The position numbers and the translations under genes are program-made. Positions 41,477 to 49,618 of a DNA stretch of 64,000 nucleotides are shown piece by piece; position 1 is the first letter of the stretch; each line of letters starts with the position of its first letter. A model generated the notes under the pieces. The model searched no databases, was not told where the DNA came from, and worked only from the letters and a program-made list of their open reading frames with translations. Origin of the DNA: Nannocystales bacterium (GTDB taxonomy: Bacteria > Myxococcota_A > Polyangia > Nannocystales > Nannocystaceae); contig JBOEGF010000022.1 of the NCBI GenBank assembly GCA_050633305.1, positions 128,001 to 192,000 on the forward strand, read 5' to 3'.

Positions 41477-42496
41477 ATGGCGCCGGCTCGCGGGACTTGG
41501 ATCCTACTCTTGGCCGCGTCGGTTGCATCCTGCGTGAAGCCAGCCGGGCCGACGGGGCCGGTCGAGGAGCAAGCCCGAATTGCGCCACAGGTGCAGGCTC
41601 CCGGTGAGGCGACTTCGCCTGACGTCGAGGAGGTCGAAGAGGCCGACGTGTCCAGGAGGGCACGGCACCCAGAGCCCCAGGGGTGGGAAGTCCGACCGAC
41701 GCGGGCGCGGCCGTGTTGGGTGCACGACACTGCGAAGCAGTTTGAGATGGTCTGCGACCACGTCGTCAATCCGGACCTCGACCTCGAGCGGAGTTGGCTC
41801 GAAGCGATCGTGGACACATCCGGGTTTGAGGTTCCCGCGGACTCGCCCGGGTATCCGAAGGACGTACGGCCAGGGACGGAGTTGTCCCTGATCACCGCGC
41901 GCGGTGTCGTATACCGCACGGTCAAGGGGGTCTCGGGCCATGAGTCGATTCGCAGCGATGCACACGGAGGCGGTCGGGTGGGATTGCTCTACACGATCCG
42001 ATTGGACGGTCCCTCCGTTGGCCCAGCGTTTGCGGCCGGCCAGGTGGAACGCGGTGCGGTGCTGTCCAGAGTCCAGATGCAACGGGTAGGCCCGACGCCG
42101 CTTCGTGCAATGCTCGAACGTCGGATGGCCCTCGCTGAGGGGACGGTCCCGAATCATGGGACGCGACAGATGGACGTGCGCTCTTGGACGGATCCTCTCG
42201 ACCCGTCCATGGGCAAGTTTGTCGCGATCGTTGACGAGCTTCAGCAGGGCCCCGACCTCTTCGATGTCTTCGGCGGGCTTGGCTACGTGGTCGACTCGAA
42301 CGCTGAGGTCGCGTGGATCGTTCCGCCCGAATCGGGGCTGGAAGGTGTCTCCATCGAGCACGTCGTCGATCTCGACGGTGACCACAGCAACGAGCTCATC
42401 GTTCGGATGGAAACCGAGTACACCGAGACGTTGTTGCTCGTTCGCCGCGGACTCCACGGGTTCGAGCTTCAGGAGATCTATTCGTTCGGCTGCTAA
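41477..42496 (+). CDS. Hypothetical lipoprotein with a C-terminal DLDGD (FG-GAP-like) motif
   Basis: Lipobox ASC; VDLDGDHSNELIV; start uncertain. Confidence 0.7.
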   Translation: MAPARGTWILLLAASVASCVKPAGPTGPVEEQARIAPQVQAPGEATSPDVEEVEEADVSRRARHPEPQGWEVRPTRARPCWVHDTAKQFEMVCDHVVNPDLDLERSWLEAIVDTSGFEVPADSPGYPKDVRPGTELSLITARGVVYRTVKGVSGHESIRSDAHGGGRVGLLYTIRLDGPSVGPAFAAGQVERGAVLSRVQMQRVGPTPLRAMLERRMALAEGTVPNHGTRQMDVRSWTDPLDPSMGKFVAIVDELQQGPDLFDVFGGLGYVVDSNAEVAWIVPPESGLEGVSIEHVVDLDGDHSNELIVRMETEYTETLLLVRRGLHGFELQEIYSFGC

Positions 42497-42744
42497 CGAC
42501 GCTGCGCCGACCTTGCACCGCGGCCGAACTCATCGTGCCGAGGAACCGGCCTGGCCGACCTTGTCTCGGGCGGAGGCACGTGGCCTCTGCCCTCTGGCTG
42601 TTGAGCCGTTTTGCGCCACCGGACAAGAATGGCCCGAGGCTCCGCTGTACGGACCCAGTCCTGTATCGAATCGTCGCACCGGCGATGGCGGTTCGCGAAT
42701 AGACGTGCTTGCGGCGCATCATCTCGTATGTTATCTGCTGCAAC

Positions 42745-42879
42745 ATGGAAAAGGCACGCAGTGACAAAGCAGAGGGGTCGGTCAAGCTGGACGTGAAGCG
42801 CGTCCGCAACGAAAATCGCGATGGACAGGTGAAAGACCTCGCCCATGAGTTTCGGCCTCCGACCTCGGACGCCAAATAG
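42745..42879 (+). CDS. 44-aa small ORF, candidate RiPP precursor peptide
   Basis: Translated by hand as MEKARSDKAEGSVKLDVKRVRNENRDGQVKDLAHEFRPPTSDAK*; TG-n-TATCTG-N7-ATG leaderless promoter geometry; lies upstream of the ANL-family enzyme. Confidence 0.6.
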   Translation: MEKARSDKAEGSVKLDVKRVRNENRDGQVKDLAHEFRPPTSDAK

Positions 42880-43019
42880 GCCGAACGTCCGAGCAACCTG
42901 ATGTCGGATTTGAGCGACCAAACATTGCGCGTAGCCCGCTCGGTGCTTGGTCGCTTTTCTGTTGGTGCGGGGAGGGATTTGGTGAGAGCCGGATTCAGAT
43001 GTCGTGAGGCGGAACCGGG

Positions 43020-44858
43020 ATGCATATACTTGAGATAAGGCCCGAAAGCGCGATTCCCAAGCACCACCAAACTCTGATTTTGGTCCGTCTCTCCGAGGGC
43101 GGGCGGAGCATTTTCTCATGGTCCACCGAAGGTGTCGGGGCCGTGGAAGACCCGGAGTTCTCCGCGGGAATGGTCCAGCGTGGCTATGCGCGTCAAGAAC
43201 GGAGATGTTCTGGCCTGGATAGGGCAGATCGAACTGCCAAGTCTCGCGGTGTCGACATTACGTGCGGTTTCGTCGAGACCTCACTCGAGCAGTTGTCTCA
43301 ACTCTTGGCTGACGTCCAAGATGTCCTCTTGGAGCAAAGGCGAGGAGGGTTGTTGACGTTGCTTTCCGTCGCGAGCGACGAATTCGCTGAAAATGCCTCC
43401 ATTCGCGAGTATGCGAGCCGTCGGCATGCTGTGGCCTGCCAGGATGGGGGCGCGCGTTGGCCAGAGATCCCGGGTTGCGAACACCACTTTTGGCATAAGC
43501 AAGGTGAAACTATCCATGTGTTTCATCGCTGCGTGCATCAGATGTTTACATTCTTGCAGCCGAGCGATGCGGAACTTCCCGAAACGCTGCGGGCGTGTGC
43601 TGAACTCGTTGGGCTGGACCACCCCGAGAACCTGACGACGACTCGCGTTCAGGAGAGTCTTCAGCGAAGCTTGCCCAAGCTCTCCGAGGCGGAGCGGGCC
43701 GGTCGACTCTCCGGGCAAGATGTGTGGACGTCCAAGGAGTGGATGGACAATTTTTGGAAAACTGTGCAGCTCGAAGAGCGGCCGCTTGACGAGCTTCGGG
43801 CCGACCCCGCATATAACATTGCAACGTCGAGCGGAAGCACGGGCGAGCAGAAGATTGTGCTGCAGGAAGAGGAGCTGCTCGACGAACGCCGAGATGCCGA
43901 GAACGCGGTCTGGGCGTATTCCGAGCCGTGGTTCGTCGCGATTGTGAATCGACCCACCAATCTCTTCGCGGTGAAGGACGAGTTCGATGAGTTTCGCTTC
44001 GAGGAAACCGACGCGGACCTGAAGGTCACGCCAGGCGCGAACCCGACGACCGCGACCTCAGACGCGTGGCGCCGAGTCGCGCACAGTATTAGACGGTCGA
44101 ATCCGACTGTGCTTGCTGGCGATGCCCAGTATCTGGTCTCGTTGATGCCCTATCTCGCCAGGGACGAGCTTCCGAGCCTTAGGCATGTTGTCGTGAGTAA
44201 CCATGTCTCCTGGTCCTTTCAGCGGCGGATGCTCGAGGCGCACTTCGGTCTGCCGGTTCAGATTCTCTACCATTCGGGCGAACTGTCCATGATGGCTACA
44301 TCGTGTCGACATCAGAGCTGGCATTTGCTTGAAACGTTCGCCTGCTACGAGGTCTTCCACCAGTCCGAGGCGAGGAACGATGAGACGGGGCTGCTGTTGG
44401 CGACCACGATGGACTCGAAGGTTCGGCCGCTCGTGCGCTATCCGCTTGGAGATATTGGCAGGATTGACGAATCTCTGTGCCCTTGCGGTGACCGGAGGCG
44501 TCGCGTCGTTCTTGAAGGAAGAACGACGTACACGTTCCCCGCGAGGTCTGGAGGCTGGGTCACTCTCAAGGCGGTTGACGAGTCGCTGTCGCGGGTTCAA
44601 GGCCTGTCGCACCTGGCGCTGTCCTTTCGAGAGGACCAGATCGTTCTTGAAGCCGTGGCCCTTTGTGGCCAAGAGCCCGTCGTGCCGGTCGACCAACTGA
44701 AAGCGCTTACAGGGTATCCAGTTCACGTCAACAGCTCCTCGAACCTGAAACTGTTGACCCCGGGCGGAAAACTGTCTGTCTTTGAATCCTCTACGACGCT
44801 TACGGAGGAGCACTTCATCAAGAGCACCGACCCGGTACGCTTCGTGAGGCAGTCGTAG
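43020..44858 (+). CDS. Phenylacetate-CoA ligase (PaaK/CapK)-like adenylate-forming enzyme with an N-terminal extension of about 200 aa
   Basis: TSSGSTG P-loop, YHSGE, PLVRYPLGD, CPCG and EGR motifs; atypical codon usage. Confidence 0.82.
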   Translation: MHILEIRPESAIPKHHQTLILVRLSEGGRSIFSWSTEGVGAVEDPEFSAGMVQRGYARQERRCSGLDRADRTAKSRGVDITCGFVETSLEQLSQLLADVQDVLLEQRRGGLLTLLSVASDEFAENASIREYASRRHAVACQDGGARWPEIPGCEHHFWHKQGETIHVFHRCVHQMFTFLQPSDAELPETLRACAELVGLDHPENLTTTRVQESLQRSLPKLSEAERAGRLSGQDVWTSKEWMDNFWKTVQLEERPLDELRADPAYNIATSSGSTGEQKIVLQEEELLDERRDAENAVWAYSEPWFVAIVNRPTNLFAVKDEFDEFRFEETDADLKVTPGANPTTATSDAWRRVAHSIRRSNPTVLAGDAQYLVSLMPYLARDELPSLRHVVVSNHVSWSFQRRMLEAHFGLPVQILYHSGELSMMATSCRHQSWHLLETFACYEVFHQSEARNDETGLLLATTMDSKVRPLVRYPLGDIGRIDESLCPCGDRRRRVVLEGRTTYTFPARSGGWVTLKAVDESLSRVQGLSHLALSFREDQIVLEAVALCGQEPVVPVDQLKALTGYPVHVNSSSNLKLLTPGGKLSVFESSTTLTEEHFIKSTDPVRFVRQS

Positions 44859-45162
44859 ACGGTGCCGAGGTTCCAAGACGACGCGAGGTCCTTGCTTGAG
44901 GCGATGCCGCCGAGCACCGCGAGGGCGGTCGTCCGCGTGTTCGACACCGCCGTCGGCGTTCGTGGGACACGAGGGGCGTCCCAGTTCGATGAAACGGCCA
45001 TTGCGGCGCGTCCAAGCGGCGTCTTCGTGCCTTGGCCTGGACTCTGCCGCCACCCCGCTGAGCATTCCACCGAGGTGGGGGCGGCCCCTGAGCCAAGGGC
45101 GAGGTTCCCCCTTGCGTCATGTTCCGGGCGGCCGGGTCGAGCCCCGGCTCAGCGACGGGCCG

Positions 45163-46869
45163 TCAATCCTCGAGGTCGCCGAGCAAACGCTCGAAGACCT
45201 CGAACGGTTGGGCACCCGAGACCCGGTAGCCGTCGACGAAGAACGTCGGACTTCCGCGACCTCCAGCCGTCTCACATCGCGCCTGTTCGTCTTCGAGTAC
45301 GGCGTGGATGTCGTCGCTGTCGAGTTCGGCAACGAAGGCTTTGGCGTCGATTTCGAGCTTGTGGCCCATGGTGATGAAGTCCTCCGTGGTCATCGGGCCC
45401 GGGTGCATGTGCAGGTAGTCGGATGCGGGCCAGTACACGCCGTGCTTGCGCGCGACGATCAGCGCACGGGATTTTCGTTCGGCGCCCTCGTGCATGGCCA
45501 GCGGGTATTGGAGATGCGCGACGCGGACCCTGCCTTCGAACGTGTCCAGGAGCTGGTCGAGCGTCGCGGCGGAGGCTCGGGCGTACGGACAGTCGGGGTC
45601 CACACAGGCCACGACGTCGGTCGAGGCATCGGTCTCACCGCGCCAGTCGAGGCCCTGTGTCTTGGGGGCGGAGGGCTCTCGCTGAAGGATGCCAGCGACG
45701 ATCTGGGCGGGGCTCAGCTCCGCATCACTCAAAGGTCGCAACGTGAACTCCATCGTTCCTTCAAAGCCCGGGGCGTATTCGGTGTCGGTGTCGGGAAACA
45801 GTCCGTCAGCGAGACACGCGGTCGTCCGAGCGTCGGGAGCGTCTGGGTCATGGGTCACCGAGGTCAGCCGACTGTGTCCTTGTTCGTCACGCACGAACTC
45901 GGCTTCGAGGATGAACCGGGTGTCGCGGGCGGCATCGTGGTCGGCGGCGCAGGCCTGGGCGAGCAGGCGGCTGAGCGCCGCGAGTTCGCGGATCTCCTCG
46001 GCGCTACTGTCCCGCCCGACGCCACGGGTCTCAATCTGCGCGCCGTACTGCGGCGCCTCGGCGGAGTCATCGCGAACGCCCGAGTTGCTCGTGGTGCGCA
46101 GGGCTGCCCCCGCGGGCGCAGGGCCCTTGGACGACTCTGAGGTCGGGGCAGCGGATGCGCCAGGCTCAGGTGCGCTCGAGCCCGTCGCGGCGGCGGCTGT
46201 ACTCGCTGCGGGTTCCCGGTCGGTCGCAGCATAGGTTGTGACGCCGAGGGCGGTGGCGGAGGTGAGGGTGATCAGGGTTGCGATTGTTTTCATGGTCCAC
46301 GGCTGCGCTTGTGCGGTCGGAGGGATGCTGCCCGAGACGCCTGGGACCGCTGCCAGGGCTCCGAGCCAGTGTTTGCGCTCCTCGAAGCGGCGGTCGAGCC
46401 GTTCGCGAAGCCGCTTGAGCCCCTCCCGAACCCGCCAGCTGGCGGTGTTGGTCGGGCATCCCTGGTGTTGACCAATCTCGCGGGCGGTGAGCCCGTCCTC
46501 GAACCTCAGACGCAGCGCCTCTTCATAAGCCGCAGGCAGCGCCGACCACTCCTCGTGGAGTGCGTCGAGCAGCTGGCTGCGTGCCACCTGTTCTTCGGGG
46601 GTTGGGGGCAGATCCGGCTCGGAACTGGCCCAGTGCTCCCGTTGTTGTCGTCTCCGCGCACCACGATGCTTCGAGATGGCACGGTTTCGCATCGCCTGAC
46701 GCAGCCAACCCAGCGGATTGGAGACGGGGCGCGTATTGTGGATGGCGGCGAGGAGCGTGTCCTGAACGAGGTCCGCTCCATCGGCGCCGACGAGGTGTCG
46801 ACCCAGCGACACGAGTGCCGCGTAGTGCCTCTCGGCGGCGATGGAAACGGCATTGGACGAACCAGGCAT
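45163..46869 (-). CDS. ECF sigma factor fused to a TM segment and a C-terminal DsbA/thioredoxin-like domain
   Basis: DLVQDT, GWLRQAMRN and LRFEDGLTAREIG sigma regions; TM segment; DCPYA, YPLAMH and GSPTFFVDG...GAQPFE DsbA-like motifs. Confidence 0.85.
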   Translation of the reverse strand: MPGSSNAVSIAAERHYAALVSLGRHLVGADGADLVQDTLLAAIHNTRPVSNPLGWLRQAMRNRAISKHRGARRRQQREHWASSEPDLPPTPEEQVARSQLLDALHEEWSALPAAYEEALRLRFEDGLTAREIGQHQGCPTNTASWRVREGLKRLRERLDRRFEERKHWLGALAAVPGVSGSIPPTAQAQPWTMKTIATLITLTSATALGVTTYAATDREPAASTAAAATGSSAPEPGASAAPTSESSKGPAPAGAALRTTSNSGVRDDSAEAPQYGAQIETRGVGRDSSAEEIRELAALSRLLAQACAADHDAARDTRFILEAEFVRDEQGHSRLTSVTHDPDAPDARTTACLADGLFPDTDTEYAPGFEGTMEFTLRPLSDAELSPAQIVAGILQREPSAPKTQGLDWRGETDASTDVVACVDPDCPYARASAATLDQLLDTFEGRVRVAHLQYPLAMHEGAERKSRALIVARKHGVYWPASDYLHMHPGPMTTEDFITMGHKLEIDAKAFVAELDSDDIHAVLEDEQARCETAGGRGSPTFFVDGYRVSGAQPFEVFERLLGDLED

Positions 46870-46943
46870 GTGACCTCGAGACGCCACCGACCCACTGATC
46901 CGTGGTTGGAGGCTGTTTTTTCTGCCCGGATCCCCTGGGAGGC

Positions 46944-48278
46944 TCAGGCCGTGGCGCGCGGGGGCGGGACCCGGTCGCGTCCGCCCAAGACCGTACGCAG
47001 CATTGGCGCGACGATCTCGCGGCGGGCATCGGCGACCGCAGCGGTGAGCTCGGCTTGCGAGAGTCGCCCATAGTGGCGCCAGTGTGGATGCTCCGGCGTG
47101 GGTTCGAAGCGCGCTGTGGGGAGGTCGGCGAAGGCTTGGCGAAGCGCGCCAGCAACCTCGGCTCCGCCGGCTTCGAGTGCCCACTTCACGGTGCGCCAAG
47201 CCAACGCCGCGTGCTCGGCCTCGTCCTTGGCGATTCCCCCCAACACCTCTTGGGTGTGGGGATCGAGGGCCATGGCCGCACCGCGTTCGGCCACCAACGC
47301 GGCGGTTGTCTCACCGACGCAGCCCTCGAGGAAGGCATCGACCGCGACCTGCACCAGGGTGGGGGAGCGGGGCGTGGCGGCGGGTAGGGGACCGGGTCCT
47401 TGGATCGCGGAGGTGAAACGACTGGCCATGCCGTAGCAAGCCTGAGCGTGTCGCACCTCATCCGCGGCGGCACGCAACGTGTCCTCGAGCAGGGCGGGCG
47501 GCGCACCGACGGCCATCAGCTCGATCACGACGCGACTGAACGCAGCCACCGAGGCGTGCTCCGCGGCGGCATCGGCCAGCCACGCGTCGCACAGCGCGTC
47601 TGCGATTCCGGCTGCTGCAGGGCAGGCGAGGTCGGCCCAGTCGGTCCGTCGAACCGCGGGGGCGGCCAGCACTTCGGTGCCCTCCACCAGAGGGCGGCCG
47701 GAGCAGTACTCGAACCAGTGGTAGCAGCACACATTCTCCTCGCCGGCTTCGCGGGCGAGCTCGGTCCCGTGTTGGTTGAGCGAGCCCTGCATGGAATTCT
47801 TGTCGGACAGCCCCTTGTACTTGCCCGGGTTCGAGGTGACCGGGCTGGGCGTGTGTGCGCCGATGACTCGGGTGGGGCAGCCCAACTCCAGCTGCGGCTC
47901 GCCGACCTTCGGTGCGATCGCGAGCGCGGCATCCATCGCACCGCACCAGTTGCCGGAGACGCAGGGGTCTTCTTCGGGGTTGTAGCCGTCGATGAAAGGC
48001 GGGTCGCCCTCGATCGGCATCATCCGAAGCTCGTCGGGGTCTGTGGGCAAGGGAGGCGGCGGCGGAGCTGCGTTGACACGCGGTCCGGGGCCGGGCTTGG
48101 CCTGCGTTTCGTCTCCCTTGGCCGCTTTCGCGCTGGGCGGATTCGTTCGGACGGCCTTGGCCTTGTCCTTCGCCCCGTTGGCGGAGGGCTGGGGCGCAGG
48201 ATCACCGCACCCCCCCAGAAGCACGGGAATGCACGCGAGGAGGCTCAGGCGGCGACGGAGCGCGGACGTGTCACGCAT
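46944..48278 (-). CDS. Ferritin-like domain lipoprotein (myxobacterial)
   Basis: CCY...GRP, EHASVAAF, DEVRHA, EGCVGET and DEAEHA di-iron ExxH motifs; lipobox LGGC. Confidence 0.85.
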   Translation of the reverse strand: MRDTSALRRRLSLLACIPVLLGGCGDPAPQPSANGAKDKAKAVRTNPPSAKAAKGDETQAKPGPGPRVNAAPPPPPLPTDPDELRMMPIEGDPPFIDGYNPEEDPCVSGNWCGAMDAALAIAPKVGEPQLELGCPTRVIGAHTPSPVTSNPGKYKGLSDKNSMQGSLNQHGTELAREAGEENVCCYHWFEYCSGRPLVEGTEVLAAPAVRRTDWADLACPAAAGIADALCDAWLADAAAEHASVAAFSRVVIELMAVGAPPALLEDTLRAAADEVRHAQACYGMASRFTSAIQGPGPLPAATPRSPTLVQVAVDAFLEGCVGETTAALVAERGAAMALDPHTQEVLGGIAKDEAEHAALAWRTVKWALEAGGAEVAGALRQAFADLPTARFEPTPEHPHWRHYGRLSQAELTAAVADARREIVAPMLRTVLGGRDRVPPPRATA

Positions 48279-48355
48279 CCGGGCGACGGTATCAGGGACA
48301 GCGCCGGTCGACACGGGTGCAAGCCCGGCATTCGGGCAGGGTATGCTCGGAGGCG

Positions 48356-49561
48356 ATGGATTGGCGTAGGGTCGGGAAGCGGGTGTGGGTGCTCGGTGGA
48401 GGGCTTTGGGCGCTGACCGGGTGTCCCAGCGGGGATGCGGGCGTTGGCGTGACCAGTACGGCGTCGGAGGGGATGGCCCCGGGATCGACCGGTGCGGCAG
48501 AGAGCTCGACCGGCGCGGACACGCTCGCAGACGGCAGCGGCGGCGGCACCACCGCGGCACCCACGGTCGAGGTCGGGTGCGGCGAGATGCCAGCGGCGGC
48601 GCTGGAGGCGGAGTACGCCCACGCGTTCGAGGTGGACCCGCCGGACGCCTCGGGAGATTGGAGCGTCGAAGGCCTGCCCGAGGGGATGTCGTTCTCCCCG
48701 TTTGGCGGGGAGTTGTCGGGCATCCCCACGGAGGAGGGGACCTTTGAGCTCACGGTGTCGGTGGACGGCTCGGCGGGCATGGGCGAGGCGACGTGCATGC
48801 TGGACGTCGGCCCCGCGCTGTCGGCCGATCTCTCGGTCCTGGCGCGTCCGTGTTTGGGGCCCGGCGACAGCCTCACCGACATCCTGGTCGGCGGTGACGG
48901 GTCCGAGCTCACCTGCACGACGCCTGCGGGGAACGGTTCGGGCGCTCGACCCGAAGGGGTGACGGTCAACGAAGACACCTGCGCGATCGAGGGCGAGCCA
49001 ACGCCCGACGAGTGGGGGACGTGGGTGTGGATCACCCAAGTGCGCCAGGCGGGCGCCAGGGTGCATGTGCCGTTTTGCATCACCCAAGACACGCCGCCCG
49101 CGGACAGCTTCGACGTCACGATGACCCGCAGAGGCGATACGGATGTCTTGCTCGAGCCCTTGGTCGGAACGTTCTCAGCCGCGGAACCCCTTGCGTTCGG
49201 AGGGGACGGCAACCCGAGGTTCGAGGTCACGGGTGGATGCGGGGGTGGAGCCTGCTTCTACGGCTTCAGCTTCAACGCAGGCGCGTCTCCGTTCGGTGGC
49301 GACTGCGGCCAGGACTCGTGCTTGGGTCTGGCGCCCAGCGCCATCGTGGTCGACAAGACGGACGGGCCGATCGGCTTCTCTCACGAGCTGTATGCGTTCG
49401 GGCCCCCCGTCGACGACAACTTCGTCGCCCGGCCATTCGTCATGCCGTGGGAGCTGACCTACTGCATCGCCGACAACGACACGGAGTGCGACGGCAGCGA
49501 GGCCATCCTCGCCAACGCCGGTGCCCATGTGCACGTCTCGTTGCTGATGCTCCCCGAGTAG
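48356..49561 (+). CDS. Lipoprotein with a putative Ig (He_PIG-like) domain and Cys-rich C-terminus
   Basis: Lipobox LTGC; GLPEGMSF...GELSGIPTEEGTF motif. Confidence 0.78.
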   Translation: MDWRRVGKRVWVLGGGLWALTGCPSGDAGVGVTSTASEGMAPGSTGAAESSTGADTLADGSGGGTTAAPTVEVGCGEMPAAALEAEYAHAFEVDPPDASGDWSVEGLPEGMSFSPFGGELSGIPTEEGTFELTVSVDGSAGMGEATCMLDVGPALSADLSVLARPCLGPGDSLTDILVGGDGSELTCTTPAGNGSGARPEGVTVNEDTCAIEGEPTPDEWGTWVWITQVRQAGARVHVPFCITQDTPPADSFDVTMTRRGDTDVLLEPLVGTFSAAEPLAFGGDGNPRFEVTGGCGGGACFYGFSFNAGASPFGGDCGQDSCLGLAPSAIVVDKTDGPIGFSHELYAFGPPVDDNFVARPFVMPWELTYCIADNDTECDGSEAILANAGAHVHVSLLMLPE

Positions 49562-49580
49562 GGCGGGGCCGGAGTCGCTG

Positions 49581-49618
49581 AGGACTGGCTCAGGACTGGC
49601 TCAGGACTGGCTCAGGAC
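49581..49618. repeat. 11-bp tandem repeat (AGGACTGGCTC) x3 plus a partial copy, spanning the bioB stop codon
   Basis: Direct reading: aggactggctc aggactggctc aggactggctc aggac. Confidence 0.9.

Noticed and set aside
49581..49618. Short direct repeats as a possible CRISPR array
   Set aside because: The units are 11 bp and contiguous, with no spacers and no cas genes.
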